Positions 1-11,097 of a DNA stretch of 64,000 bases are shown here, one piece after another (position 1 is the stretch's first letter; each line of letters starts with the position of its first letter). Where the stretch lies: IMG/VR virus record IMGVR_UViG_3300018080_000107, one strand, 5' to 3'. The position numbers were made by a program, and so were the translations under genes. This DNA is from a virus. The notes under the pieces are model-generated. The model saw nothing but the letters and a program-made list of their open reading frames with translations. It did no database searches and had not been told where the DNA came from.

Positions 1-2641
1 CAGAAGCTGTTGATATGTTGATTCCAGCAAAACTTGCTTCTCCATTGGCATTTATGTTCCATGCTGGCGCTGTAATTGAATCGGGAGAAATATGAACCGA
101 CCCTTCTCCAACTTGCATCCCATTTAAGAAACGGCCAGATGCAGTAATCATTGTTGCATTGTCGTCACCAATACGAATAATATCATCTTCATCACGATCT
201 ATGTGTGCGCCATAGCCCAAAGCAAGAGAACGAAGGCCATATGAAAAAGCATTGCGCCCAATTGCCATAGCATTTTCTGCTCGTGTTTCAGCGGCATAAC
301 CAATTACAACATTGAAATTTCCACTACCAACAGCATTATTTCCAATGGTCAACACATTGCCTATACCTACATAAGCTGGAGATGTAGCACTATTTCCTAT
401 ATAAATGTTATTTGAACCATTAGTTGGTCCATCTCCTGCTCCATAACCAATTCCAATATTACTACCGCCACCTTGTCCCCAATTGCCAAGTGCTCGACGA
501 CCAACTGCTATATTGTTATCACCATTCCATTGTTGACTCAAAGCATAATAACCAATAGCTATATTATAATCACTACCACGACAATTTTGATGTGCTCTTT
601 GACCTAGTGCAATATTATTAGTCGCGGTATAAACACCTTGACCCTCATACATGGCATAATCACCAATTGCAATATTGTGCTCTGCAGTAACAAAATTAAA
701 CAAGTTGCTTCTACCAGCACAGAAATTGTAATTAGCCGTTGTACAATCTCTTAATGAACGATATCCAAAAACAGTATTGTAGTTACCAGCAACACTGCCA
801 GGTGTCGCAGAATCCAAATTTTCTCTTCCAAGCAGAATGTTGTGACTACCACCGCCAAGTGAAAGACCATTATTTTTTCCAAATATAATATTGTGGTCGC
901 CGCTTGTTAATCCAGATCCAGCACCGTCGCCAAAAACAAAATTATGATCAGCACCTGCTGCAAGTCTATTGAAATTATTTGTACCGATAGCAAAATTATA
1001 TTCACCACTTGACTTCATTATTGTATTGTCAGGAAATCTAATATGTGCCCCGGTTTCAATTCTTGCACCATTCAAAAAGCTACCAGAAGCCATAACAACT
1101 GTAGCGTTATCATCTCCAATGCGAATTTCGTCATCTACATTTGTTGAAGCTTGATAACCTATTGCCGCCGAACGAAGGCCGCCAGCATATGCGTTACGCC
1201 CTATTGCAATACTATCGTCTGCACGAGTTTCTGCATTATTTCCAACAACAAGTGTATAATCTCCACTTGGGGTAGCATTTGTACCAATTCCAATCATACC
1301 CCAATATAGATCATTTGCTGGAACATCACAATTAGCACCAATCAAAACAGAAGTATCAATAGTTGGTGCGCCATTTCCAGCTTGGTATCCAATAGCTACG
1401 TTGTGGTCCCATGCTACGCTCACTAGTGCATCTTGACCAATGGCTATATTGCGGTAAGAATCAATTCCACAGGTTGCCATAGCATTATAACCAATTGCAA
1501 TATGGCTATATCCCGTTCTGTTTTGTTTAGCTGATCTATATCCCAAAGAAATATTTTGATATCCAGTAGTCAAGTCGCTTTGCGCTTCATATCCAATAGC
1601 AATGTTGCTATATGCGCTTGTAGCATTTAAACCAATACTATTACCAATCATATAGTTTTGATAAGCAGTATCTGCAATTGGCATAATTGAATGACCAATA
1701 CAGGTATTATAGTTGCCTGTTAGTGTCGCATCATCCATAATGCTAGTTCCAATTCCGATAACACCTATAGCACCATCACCCTTTGAAAATACATCACGAC
1801 CAAATATAGCACAAGTTGTTCCACTTGCTCTAACAAGCATATTGCCAGGAAGTTTAACACGATCACCATTTATGTGAATAGTTCCACCACCAACACTTAT
1901 GCCGTTTGTAAATCTACCAGATGGAGCTACTATTGTTCCAACATTGTCTATTTCCCAACCACCAGTCTCACTATAAAGGTCTTTACCAGTACCAGAATTT
2001 ACAATATAGACTACATTGGATGCGCCACCAGTCTTTTCCATGCGCAAACAGGACACATCTGCGTCCCAATCCTTAAGCGTCACCTCGTCACCAACCGCAA
2101 CCTGGCTTGAGAAGCTACCAGAGGCTGCTGAGACATGATCTACTGACAACTCCGCATCAAGAGTCACATTGTCACTAAAATGTCCTGAAGTGGCTGACAG
2201 GCCGCCCTGCTGAGTGATGTGCCAATTGAGTCCTGCAGCGTCTATGGATTCATGATCGCCGGTGTTTTCAACAACAATTCCGCTACCACCGGCATATTGC
2301 AACAATAAACCAGCATGAAGTGGATCTGAAAGCCTTTTGATTAATATTCCACGACCATCATAACCTGGATCAACGCGCAAAGCTTCTACGCCTTGATATG
2401 ACGCACCCAAAATCATTAATGGATTAGAACCAGCTACAGACTTATTAATTTCAATTCCAACACCATCAGCACTCAATACGCCATATATTAATTTTCCTAT
2501 TCCATAACTGGTCAAACCCCAACCAACTACAGAATCATATATGTCCATATTGACCGCACTACCAGCCTCACGTTTATTAATATCAAGAACGTTTTTAATT
2601 CCGCTGGCTGATATGTCGAATAGACCGCGCTTTGAACCCAT
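1..2641 (-). CDS. Fibre/adhesin-like virion protein with YadA-like (NxAIGxxA) beta-roll repeats; runs off the window edge
   Basis: Not in ORF track; ATG at 2641 after GGAG; open to position 2 (MGSKRGLFDISASG...WNINANGEASFAGINISTAS); many ~14-aa NIAIGY repeats. Confidence 0.8.
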   Translation of the reverse strand, partial: MGSKRGLFDISASGIKNVLDINKREAGSAVNMDIYDSVVGWGLTSYGIGKLIYGVLSADGVGIEINKSVAGSNPLMILGASYQGVEALRVDPGYDGRGILIKRLSDPLHAGLLLQYAGGSGIVVENTGDHESIDAAGLNWHITQQGGLSATSGHFSDNVTLDAELSVDHVSAASGSFSSQVAVGDEVTLKDWDADVSCLRMEKTGGASNVVYIVNSGTGKDLYSETGGWEIDNVGTIVAPSGRFTNGISVGGGTIHINGDRVKLPGNMLVRASGTTCAIFGRDVFSKGDGAIGVIGIGTSIMDDATLTGNYNTCIGHSIMPIADTAYQNYMIGNSIGLNATSAYSNIAIGYEAQSDLTTGYQNISLGYRSAKQNRTGYSHIAIGYNAMATCGIDSYRNIAIGQDALVSVAWDHNVAIGYQAGNGAPTIDTSVLIGANCDVPANDLYWGMIGIGTNATPSGDYTLVVGNNAETRADDSIAIGRNAYAGGLRSAAIGYQASTNVDDEIRIGDDNATVVMASGSFLNGARIETGAHIRFPDNTIMKSSGEYNFAIGTNNFNRLAAGADHNFVFGDGAGSGLTSGDHNIIFGKNNGLSLGGGSHNILLGRENLDSATPGSVAGNYNTVFGYRSLRDCTTANYNFCAGRSNLFNFVTAEHNIAIGDYAMYEGQGVYTATNNIALGQRAHQNCRGSDYNIAIGYYALSQQWNGDNNIAVGRRALGNWGQGGGSNIGIGYGAGDGPTNGSNNIYIGNSATSPAYVGIGNVLTIGNNAVGSGNFNVVIGYAAETRAENAMAIGRNAFSYGLRSLALGYGAHIDRDEDDIIRIGDDNATMITASGRFLNGMQVGEGSVHISPDSITAPAWNINANGEASFAGINISTAS

Positions 2642-2651
2642 TTTTTACTCC

Positions 2652-3206
2652 TTACAGATTATTAGCCTGATCGTCATCAAAGGCACTGTCGAATGGATGC
2701 TTGTTAGGCTCTGCATATTGCCCGTCATGGTCAACATCCTCATATTTCCTTTGTTCACCGTACCACATAAGCGTTCCATATTCAGACAATGTATCAGACC
2801 GCTCATCCTTTTCTGCTTCCTTAAGATAATCTTTTATAGCTTGCTGCAATTCACCACAAACATTTTTAACAGCGTTTTGATATCCGCCGAACCCAGCAGT
2901 TGTATCTACCTCATCAGAACCGCTCTTAATTCTGATTCCTTTACTAACAGCTTCACCCTGCTGTGTCTTAACAGCAAGACATTCCATTTGAAGCACCATG
3001 ATATCCGCAACGGCATTGTCAGGAAAAGTAATAATACCCGAAGCGTCAATAGTTACTTCGTTTGTTGTCCCTGTGAAGTGCAGCCGTCTATTAATACGTC
3101 TTATTGACTTATTAACATAATCTAAGGCTCCAGAAGCAGTAAGCATCTCACCAAGATCGATAGAAACGTCTTCTGCAATATCATTTTGATCAAATTGAAC
3201 GCTCAT
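2652..3206 (-). CDS. Putative head-tail adaptor/head completion protein
   Basis: 184 aa, helical N-terminus then short beta motif (GIRIKSGSDEVDT); position in structural operon. Confidence 0.45.
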   Translation of the reverse strand: MSVQFDQNDIAEDVSIDLGEMLTASGALDYVNKSIRRINRRLHFTGTTNEVTIDASGIITFPDNAVADIMVLQMECLAVKTQQGEAVSKGIRIKSGSDEVDTTAGFGGYQNAVKNVCGELQQAIKDYLKEAEKDERSDTLSEYGTLMWYGEQRKYEDVDHDGQYAEPNKHPFDSAFDDDQANNL

Positions 3207-3219
3207 TTATTCCCCCGCC

Positions 3220-6200
3220 TTATCCTATTCTATGAATATTGACATTTACATGCTCGAAATTAATCTCGTCACCATTACCGTCGCTTGTCATTTTTAATGT
3301 CACGTTGTCACTTGGACTCAATTGTATAAATCCTGTAAGCGATGCACTTCCTGTGTCACCACCAACTCCAAGCTTTCTCTTTACATGCAAATTGTTCTGC
3401 ATCGTTTCGTTTTTGAATACCATGCCCTCAATTAAGGCACCGCCAGTTCCGCCAAATGACATTTGTGCATTAATAGCATACAGCCCTGCACCATCAGAAC
3501 CTATCAAAAGACCACTTGCTGTGGATGTTACATATCCAGCACCAGCTAAAGATCCATCACTGTATGAAGTTTTAGCGTACCAACTTCCAGCAGTAACAAC
3601 TGTTATTGTTCCTGACTCATGTGCATATATTTCGCCATATGAAGATTTCTGTGCGATAGTTTCACTATCTACATTGATTCCATTTGGTCCAATATGTAAT
3701 GTTGATGTTCCAACCTTAATGCCATTTAGAAATTCTCCAGAAGCAGCAGTGATGGTATTTTCAACCTTAAGATTTTCACATTGAACTTCGGTAAACGAAT
3801 CGCCAAGACGCATTGTGTTGTTGCCACTCGCAACTGCATTGTAGCCAATTGCACTAGCATTATGACACGTGCTAATTGTATCTGCGCCACTGCCGATAAC
3901 CACACAGCCAGATGCTTGAACCGCATCATAAGCTGCGTCTTTCCCGATAATCACATTGCCACCACCAGTAGTTAAACGCTCTGCAGCACGATGTCCTATA
4001 GAAACATTCCAATCACCAAGAGTGACTGCTTGGCCTGCTCTATATCCTATTCCAATACATCCAGATGCATATGTTGCATTGTTTAGTGCGTTAATTCCCA
4101 ACGCTATATTCCAATTTCCATCCCGCAAATAATGTAATGAACTTTGTCCAATTGCTATATTCCAAGAACCAGCATCAAGCCAATTCATTGTAGACGTACC
4201 AATTGCTATATTGCTTGTTCCTTGTCTATCTGTCTGGCCTGCTGCCCAACCCATAGCCTTATATCCAACGGCAACAGAATCTTGTGTTGTCGTGCTAAGA
4301 AATCTTCCAGCTTCTGCACCCAATACTGTATTATAACTTCCATTACGAGTATTGTAAGCATTGTATCCCATAACAGTATTATAATCGCCGCCAGAAATAC
4401 CATAGCCAGCATTTGCACCAACAGCAGTATTGTATTGACCGCCATTAGTTCCCCGCAATGCTTTATATCCGATTCCAACATTGTAATTGCCACCATTGGA
4501 ACCATTATACATTACTTCTTCACCAATTGCAATATTATAACTTCCAGCAGTAGATGCGCCGGTCCAACCCATTGCATCATATCCCATAACAATGTTACGA
4601 GTTCCTTGTGTTAGTGCTCGTCCTGCCTGTTTTCCAATTATAATATTTTCAGCACCAGAATTTACTCTATATCCAGCTTGCTGTCCAATTGCCACATTAC
4701 CGTCACCTTGAACATTGCCTTGCAAAGCTTCATATCCAATTGCAACATTATACTGTGAATCATGACAATCATCCATCGCTCGACATCCGATTGCCACATT
4801 GTAATCTGAAAGGCCAGTCGTATTTTCTCCAGCCTCATATCCAATCGCTACATTGTAATCACCTTGGTCTGAATTTTCTAATGCATAAGCTCCAATACCA
4901 ACATTATATGTGCCAGAAAGTGCCCCATTCATTGCACTTCTACCGATTGCAACATTATTGCCAGCATAAATTGCAGCATCTAAAGCACTAAATCCTATGG
5001 CCACATTATAGTCGCCCAAAGTACCGGCGCTATTTGCATTTGCACCAATTGCTACATTGTATGCACCAGTTGTAATGCCATAACCAGCATCATATCCAAT
5101 CCCGATATTGCTTGAACCAGTTGTTACAGCCCGAAGTGCATTGTAACCAAGTGCTACAGAGTATGCAGCTTCACATGCGCCATTCCCAAGAGCAACATAT
5201 CCAAGAGCAATATTGTTGTGTGCCGACGTAGCATTAGCCATTGCACTTCTACCCAGCGCAATATTTTGGTCCCCATTACAATCTTGCAATGCGGCATTTC
5301 CTATCGCAACATTATAATCTGCAGTTGTAAGATATTGCCCCGCTGCCCTACCAGCAACAAAATTATATGCTCCAGTTGTTAGACCACGCAAAGCATAAAA
5401 TCCCATTGCTACGTTTTCATTACCTTGACAATTTTTTAATGCCTCTTCACCCATTGCAATGTTTGCACTTGCATCATGTGCGTCAATCATAACGTCATGA
5501 CCAAAAGCAATATTGTATTTTGTTTTACCAGTAGCATTTTGTAACGCATACTGCCCGATTGCGACATTACTATCTGCAGTATTATCAGCAAGATATCTAC
5601 CAGCACCTTCTCCAATGGCAACATTGAATGTTCCAGATGCTGCATTTCCAAGAGCATAATATCCGATACCGACATTACTACCCTTTGTAGCATCCTCCGC
5701 TGCATGATGTCCAATTGCAACACTATATTGCCCATTAACATTGTCTTGCAAAGCCTGTGTTCCGATAGCAATGTTTCCTTGTGCCGTTGTTGTAGAACTA
5801 AGAGACTCTTCACCTAATGCTATATTATTTGTTCCAATTGTAATTTTGTAAGCTGAACGATACCCCATTCCTATATTGCCACCACCAGTTGTTATACCTT
5901 GTAATGACTGGTAGCCAAGTCCAATATTGTGTGTACCTGTTATCATAGATTGCATAGATAAAATACCAAGAGCGACATTGTATGAAGCCCCGCTTGCATT
6001 TTGAATAGTGTAATCACCTAGTGCAATATTGCCGTCACTATTGGCTTTAATTCCTTGCATAGAATAGTAGCCCATAGCGATATTACTATCACAATTAGTT
6101 GTTTCAACAGATCCACGAGCAGCCTCGTCACCTATTGCAATGTTCCTATTTCCAGCATGATAACAACCAGCTAAATAACCAAGTGCAACATTATCATCAC

Positions 6201-7920
6201 CATCAGCATTTTGCAATGCTCCATAACCAATGCCAATACTATTTGTTGCATTGACTGAATTATTTAATGCTCCACGTCCCAATGCCACACAAGCTGTTAA
6301 ATTATGTGCGTTGGCAATTGCATATGCACCCATAGCAATATTTTCTACAGATATACCATTTAGATTTTGTCCAGCATATCTTCCAAGAACAACATTGTAA
6401 TCTGATCCAGCATCTTTCAAATCTTCCAATGCATAATAACCAAGCGCAATATTGTACATTCCAGAACCACAAAGTGTGCCAGCATTTTTTCCTACATAAA
6501 TATTATAATCAGCATTGCTAAGACTGTAACCAGCATTTTGACCCAAACAAATATTTCCTTCGCATCCACCAGCGGCTTGGCGCATTGCATCATAGCCCAT
6601 AGCGATATTGTTGTCGCCATTTCCACCACCATTATACAACGAACGAAGACCCATAGCAATATTGTTGCTTCCCCCACCAGTCAATTGCATAGATTGACTA
6701 CCGAGTGCAATATTATTTGCACCACCAGCCTGCAGTGCCAAATTTCCTATTGCTATATTATCATTACCTGTGATTCCATAACCAGCAGAAAGACCAACTA
6801 TAAAGTTGTTTGAAACACCAGCGGCAGTTGTCATTGCCTGATATCCCAAAGCTACATTATTTGCCCCATCTGTATTATCTTCTCCAGCACGATAACCTAT
6901 ACCAATATTTGATGACCCAGTTGTATTTCCTTCAAGAGCCCTAAATCCAATTGCTGTATTGTAAAGACCTTCTGTATTAGCCTCAAGACACTCTTGTCCA
7001 ATTGCCAAATTGTAATCACCAACTGTATTGGCCTTCAAGCAGTCACCACCTATTGCAACATTGTAGTTTGCCGTAGGAGTAAGGTTTCCAAAATTGCTTG
7101 CCCCAATATTAATGTTGTGAATACCACTGGTTTGAATACCCAGCGTAATTGTAGTATCGTCAGGAAAAATTATATTCCCGTATGTTGTTATATTTCCAAG
7201 TTTGTCAATATCCCAATTACCACTTGTTCCAATGATGTCTTTTGCGCCAGCTTCACTTGTGTTGGCTATACGTAGCGCAGCCTGTGAAGACCCTCCTGCT
7301 GTCTTGGCTACATATATTGCATCTTGATTGCCTGCATCAAATACTTGCAGCCCATACCCTGTTCCAGTCTGTTCCATGCGACTTACCGCCGCACTTGTGT
7401 TCGCAGACAAAGACTCAAGGTTAGAGCCACCCGCAGCGTCTTGGTGCATATTTAACCCAACAGCATTAACATCAAGATTAACATCAATTGCAGTACCAGC
7501 TACAAGGTGTGTAATTTTTATTGTTGGGTCAGCAGATGCAGAGCCGATATCACGAGTTACAAGCATACCAATACTTTGACCACCATGTGTAATCGCCAAA
7601 GATTGATGGTTTGCATTTTGTTCAATTGATACTCCAGGTCCATATGCATCTTGTTGGACTTTTAACGCAGCACCAGTTCCATCATTATGGACATCAAGCA
7701 CATTTCCAGCACCTACCGCAGCTTTATGAATAGTAATTCCAGCCACATCATCATTTTGAGTAAATGCTAATGCGCTTCCGCTTGCAGTTATGGTGTTTCC
7801 ATTGTCAAACGCAATTTGCAAATCCGCTTGCACAGGAACGCCCGAAGTTGTGACCAACGGGACACCACTTACTGTCGGGACTCTATCAAAATCACGAGAA
7901 CCTAAAATATCCTGACTCAT
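3220..7920 (-). CDS. Long fibre protein: beta-helix N-terminus, ~1100 aa of YadA-like repeats, C-terminal C1q/BclA-like domain
   Basis: 1566 aa; dozens of NxAIGxxA repeats; C-terminal jelly-roll pattern (GAGLYAINAQMSF...GFIQLSPSDNVTL). Confidence 0.8.
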   Translation of the reverse strand: MSQDILGSRDFDRVPTVSGVPLVTTSGVPVQADLQIAFDNGNTITASGSALAFTQNDDVAGITIHKAAVGAGNVLDVHNDGTGAALKVQQDAYGPGVSIEQNANHQSLAITHGGQSIGMLVTRDIGSASADPTIKITHLVAGTAIDVNLDVNAVGLNMHQDAAGGSNLESLSANTSAAVSRMEQTGTGYGLQVFDAGNQDAIYVAKTAGGSSQAALRIANTSEAGAKDIIGTSGNWDIDKLGNITTYGNIIFPDDTTITLGIQTSGIHNINIGASNFGNLTPTANYNVAIGGDCLKANTVGDYNLAIGQECLEANTEGLYNTAIGFRALEGNTTGSSNIGIGYRAGEDNTDGANNVALGYQAMTTAAGVSNNFIVGLSAGYGITGNDNIAIGNLALQAGGANNIALGSQSMQLTGGGSNNIAMGLRSLYNGGGNGDNNIAMGYDAMRQAAGGCEGNICLGQNAGYSLSNADYNIYVGKNAGTLCGSGMYNIALGYYALEDLKDAGSDYNVVLGRYAGQNLNGISVENIAMGAYAIANAHNLTACVALGRGALNNSVNATNSIGIGYGALQNADGDDNVALGYLAGCYHAGNRNIAIGDEAARGSVETTNCDSNIAMGYYSMQGIKANSDGNIALGDYTIQNASGASYNVALGILSMQSMITGTHNIGLGYQSLQGITTGGGNIGMGYRSAYKITIGTNNIALGEESLSSTTTAQGNIAIGTQALQDNVNGQYSVAIGHHAAEDATKGSNVGIGYYALGNAASGTFNVAIGEGAGRYLADNTADSNVAIGQYALQNATGKTKYNIAFGHDVMIDAHDASANIAMGEEALKNCQGNENVAMGFYALRGLTTGAYNFVAGRAAGQYLTTADYNVAIGNAALQDCNGDQNIALGRSAMANATSAHNNIALGYVALGNGACEAAYSVALGYNALRAVTTGSSNIGIGYDAGYGITTGAYNVAIGANANSAGTLGDYNVAIGFSALDAAIYAGNNVAIGRSAMNGALSGTYNVGIGAYALENSDQGDYNVAIGYEAGENTTGLSDYNVAIGCRAMDDCHDSQYNVAIGYEALQGNVQGDGNVAIGQQAGYRVNSGAENIIIGKQAGRALTQGTRNIVMGYDAMGWTGASTAGSYNIAIGEEVMYNGSNGGNYNVGIGYKALRGTNGGQYNTAVGANAGYGISGGDYNTVMGYNAYNTRNGSYNTVLGAEAGRFLSTTTQDSVAVGYKAMGWAAGQTDRQGTSNIAIGTSTMNWLDAGSWNIAIGQSSLHYLRDGNWNIALGINALNNATYASGCIGIGYRAGQAVTLGDWNVSIGHRAAERLTTGGGNVIIGKDAAYDAVQASGCVVIGSGADTISTCHNASAIGYNAVASGNNTMRLGDSFTEVQCENLKVENTITAASGEFLNGIKVGTSTLHIGPNGINVDSETIAQKSSYGEIYAHESGTITVVTAGSWYAKTSYSDGSLAGAGYVTSTASGLLIGSDGAGLYAINAQMSFGGTGGALIEGMVFKNETMQNNLHVKRKLGVGGDTGSASLTGFIQLSPSDNVTLKMTSDGNGDEINFEHVNVNIHRIG

Positions 7921-8255
7921 TACTGTTCTCCAATACTCTTTAGATAATTACACCATGTTACGAATGTACAAACTTTGCAATCCATATCTTCCGCCAAATC
8001 TTCTGGCATCAAATGATACAAATGATCTGGATGAATAGGCTCTATTAAATTGAAAGGCTCAAGCCTATGACAATGACCGGCATGGATATCTCCGTCAATA
8101 AGACGAAGAAGACAATGTGGCGGAATTTCGACCATACAAGGATGGACTATATTAAGACCACATTCAAGACTGTGTGTCATACGAATATAACGAACCTTAT
8201 CCAATACAGCCTGTTCTATTTCTTCCCTACTGGAAACTGTTCTAACTTCACCCAT
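7920..8255 (-). CDS. Hypothetical Cys/His-rich protein
   Basis: 111 aa ORF abutting neighbours; C-terminal CKVCTFVTWC. Confidence 0.6.
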   Translation of the reverse strand: MGEVRTVSSREEIEQAVLDKVRYIRMTHSLECGLNIVHPCMVEIPPHCLLRLIDGDIHAGHCHRLEPFNLIEPIHPDHLYHLMPEDLAEDMDCKVCTFVTWCNYLKSIGEQ

Positions 8256-8265
8256 TTTTTATACC

Positions 8266-9879
8266 CTATCCTCTGATAATTACGCCAACATTGTCATTGG
8301 TTGAAGACCATACCTTAATCGTATTTGTATCTGTCAATACGTGATGATCAACTTCCACACTATCAAACGTACTTGGATTATAATATTGAACAATGACCAG
8401 ACGATTGCCAAGATTGTGAGATACGTTGGCCCAATAAAGACCTTCGCCAGCATCCCATGTCCAAGATGAAATCGTCGCAGTTACATTTCCACCAACTGGT
8501 TTTCCGCCAATGGTCAGATTGTCAAATGCGCCAGATGCGAAAACTGCATTTCCAAGTGAATCAACAGACCAATTATCGCTATTCCCAGTTATATCATTTC
8601 CATCCCCAGCATTTGTTATGCCAATTACAGGGAAAGATTCGCCAGAAGCAGCAGACAATGCCAATGTATTTAAATTACCAGAAGTAGCATGCAAATTGCT
8701 TGCATATGCGTCTGAAAATCCCTTCGATGCTGTTCCAAGTGTATATATGTCATCTGTATCAGGCTCTACGTTAGCATTCTTCTTGTAGAAATCTCCAGAC
8801 ACGCCTATTACATTAGCCATCTCTTCAACAGTAACAGAATATGTTTCATCTGACAAAGAACCATCTGGTCGCAAATGAAGTGTACTTCCACCTATTTGAA
8901 GGCCGTTTGTAAACCTACCCGACTGTGCAAAAATAGTGCCCTCTGGATTAATCCACCAAAGATCACTTGTGCCTTCAATATCATAACCAGTTCCACTATT
9001 TGCAATCCTAATTACTGGAGATGCGCCGGTTGCCAATTTCTCAAGGTCAAGAGCAATAGCTTCACCACTGTTGCTAATGTCAAAAATTGCCACGTTAGAG
9101 TATGAATCAATTTCAAGTGCTGGTTGTGTGCCATTCTCAGCATTAATATAAACACCCTTAAAATGCCCAGAAACAGTGTGCAGGTCATTAAACTTGGTAG
9201 CTTCCTCGCCAATGTCATAAGTAGAATCAGCAGATGGAATCAAATCCTCGTCTTTTCTGTAGAATATACCAGACTGAGTTGTGAGTATAGAGTGTTGCGC
9301 GTCAGTCAAATGGTAATATTCACTTGTTGCCCCGCCTTGCAATCCCTGCAAATTATTATGCGTGATTACAGAACCAAAAGGCATCCATGAGGTATTAAAA
9401 ACATATGCCGTATCTTCATCTTCTACCCAAGCTGCCATTCCCTCATTGGCAGTTGTGAAATCCCATGCTGCGCCATCCCATTCGGCAATATTATCACCTT
9501 GACCAGCCCAAGCTCCTGTGCCAGAACCATTTACGATATATCTATCGCCTGTAGTTGGACTTGGTGGTGGAGAACCTGAAGTTTGCGTAATCACACTTTC
9601 TTGCCAATCAAGGCTATTGAGAGCATCTATTTGATCCTGGAGGTGTCCAGATGTTTCAATCAAATCTGCTTGTGTTACATCCCCAGTTCCGCCGCCACTA
9701 ATACCAGAGACATTAACAAGTAGTGCTCCAGAGGCATCTACCATTAATGGGCGGCCCTTTGGACCATATCCATAAATATAACCACTTGCTGAAGGATCAG
9801 CATTCATGATAAGTCTATTATTTTCGTCCACATAGATACTTCTACCTTGTGGCCCAAATTCAAACATTCTCCACTCCAT
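8266..9879 (-). CDS. Virion spike/fibre protein with DUF2793-like domain
   Basis: PPPSPTTGDRYIV...GAWAGQ..IAEWDG..W..EG..AWVEDE motif; HNNLQGLQGG..EYYHLT motif. Confidence 0.7.
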   Translation of the reverse strand: MEWRMFEFGPQGRSIYVDENNRLIMNADPSASGYIYGYGPKGRPLMVDASGALLVNVSGISGGGTGDVTQADLIETSGHLQDQIDALNSLDWQESVITQTSGSPPPSPTTGDRYIVNGSGTGAWAGQGDNIAEWDGAAWDFTTANEGMAAWVEDEDTAYVFNTSWMPFGSVITHNNLQGLQGGATSEYYHLTDAQHSILTTQSGIFYRKDEDLIPSADSTYDIGEEATKFNDLHTVSGHFKGVYINAENGTQPALEIDSYSNVAIFDISNSGEAIALDLEKLATGASPVIRIANSGTGYDIEGTSDLWWINPEGTIFAQSGRFTNGLQIGGSTLHLRPDGSLSDETYSVTVEEMANVIGVSGDFYKKNANVEPDTDDIYTLGTASKGFSDAYASNLHATSGNLNTLALSAASGESFPVIGITNAGDGNDITGNSDNWSVDSLGNAVFASGAFDNLTIGGKPVGGNVTATISSWTWDAGEGLYWANVSHNLGNRLVIVQYYNPSTFDSVEVDHHVLTDTNTIKVWSSTNDNVGVIIRG

Positions 9880-9922
9880 TTTAGTTCTCCTGCATTATTA
9901 ATGACTAGAAGTTTACACACTC

Positions 9923-9942
9923 TATACACTATTAAATACGTC
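9923..9942 (-). promoter_or_regulatory. Putative late promoter (CGTATTTAATAGTGTA)
   Basis: Same 16-mer occurs upstream of the portal gene at 15840-15855. Confidence 0.55.
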
Positions 9943-9995
9943 TTCAAAAAAACCCCGGCAAGCCATTAGATTATAGCCAACCGGGGAATTTTATT

Positions 9996-10031
9996 AAAAA
10001 AAAAGAAGCCGGGCGATTAACCCGGCTTCCG
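9996..10031 (-). terminator. Intrinsic terminator after major capsid gene
   Basis: GAAGCCGGG-loop-CCCGGCTTC followed by a T-run on the minus strand; second hairpin plus T7 at 9946-9987. Confidence 0.75.
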
Positions 10032-10061
10032 GCCAACAGAGCGTTAGGAAGGACGTTTATT

Positions 10062-11081
10062 TTATAGTGTCCCGATGAGCGCATAACGCGCATCAAGGCA
10101 CACGAATCCAACTTCAGCCCAGCCATAGACACCAGCGCGAGCACTGCGATGCAGTGTAGGATCATCAAAGACCCGAACATCCTCGCGGATAGGCATCTTG
10201 AATGGGTAGTTAGCCCGACGTTGCAGATCAAGAGCTATACAGAACTCAACATCTGTTCCGCCACCACCTGTGAACCAGCTTGCCCGATTACCACCATCGG
10301 TAGCTTCGATATAAGTCTGGTATGACTGGCCTTCACCAAGTTCCTGAAGCTCATGAAGCTTAACGCCATAAATCTCAGGAATGCCAGCAGGCCCCTTACC
10401 AACCTGAACCTCACGACGAGAAGTCTGATCAAGCTCAGTATCCACCCAATGGCGAATATCAGCAAGTGCTTCTGGTGAAAGATAAAGGTCTGTGACCTTA
10501 CTTGCGCGACCACCTGTTAGACGCTTAATTCCAACCATTAGATTGGTGATTAGGCGCTTTGTTAGGACACCAGCAGTAGCTGCGGTATCAACAACACGAC
10601 CGTTTGTGACAGCGGCCTGAATTACAGTGTGCCAACCGTCATCATTAAACCTACGGACGAATCCATAGCGGAATACATCCAGTGCATCCTGCACAACATC
10701 CCACCGAGCGTCACGTGCATAGCGCAGTGGCCAATCAATGGAGTTAGCAACCACGTAGGTTGGTACATAAATCTCATCGCCTTCGATGAACCGCTGTGGG
10801 ATTGCTCCCTCTTTAGGCATCACGAATGCAATGCGGTCCTCTTCCTCTCCTGGAGCCAGGAAGTGAAGGGGGAACCGTGTATCAGCACCAGCAGGCACAA
10901 CAATCTTCTCGAAAATGCCGTCGAGTGTATCGTCGGCAAGAACAGCAGCCCTGAAAGCACCCTCAAGTGCCTTCGCCAATGCTCGACGTGCCTCTGTCAT
11001 GTCACCTTCGTTTTCACTAGCTGTCATGCGAAGGAGGCCCTTTTGCTTGTCAGTAGGCTCAAAAATTCTTTTCTTACCCAT
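10062..11081 (-). CDS. Major capsid protein
   Basis: 339 aa, follows protease-scaffold and decoration genes, GGAGG SD, terminator downstream, HK97-like pattern. Confidence 0.8.
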   Translation of the reverse strand: MGKKRIFEPTDKQKGLLRMTASENEGDMTEARRALAKALEGAFRAAVLADDTLDGIFEKIVVPAGADTRFPLHFLAPGEEEDRIAFVMPKEGAIPQRFIEGDEIYVPTYVVANSIDWPLRYARDARWDVVQDALDVFRYGFVRRFNDDGWHTVIQAAVTNGRVVDTAATAGVLTKRLITNLMVGIKRLTGGRASKVTDLYLSPEALADIRHWVDTELDQTSRREVQVGKGPAGIPEIYGVKLHELQELGEGQSYQTYIEATDGGNRASWFTGGGGTDVEFCIALDLQRRANYPFKMPIREDVRVFDDPTLHRSARAGVYGWAEVGFVCLDARYALIGTL

Positions 11082-11097
11082 CTTTTTCCTCCTTTAA

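Noticed and set aside
1-9879. Diversity-generating retroelement acting on the fibre genes
   Set aside because: No reverse transcriptase and no near-identical template/variable repeat pair were seen; the repeats are similar only at protein level
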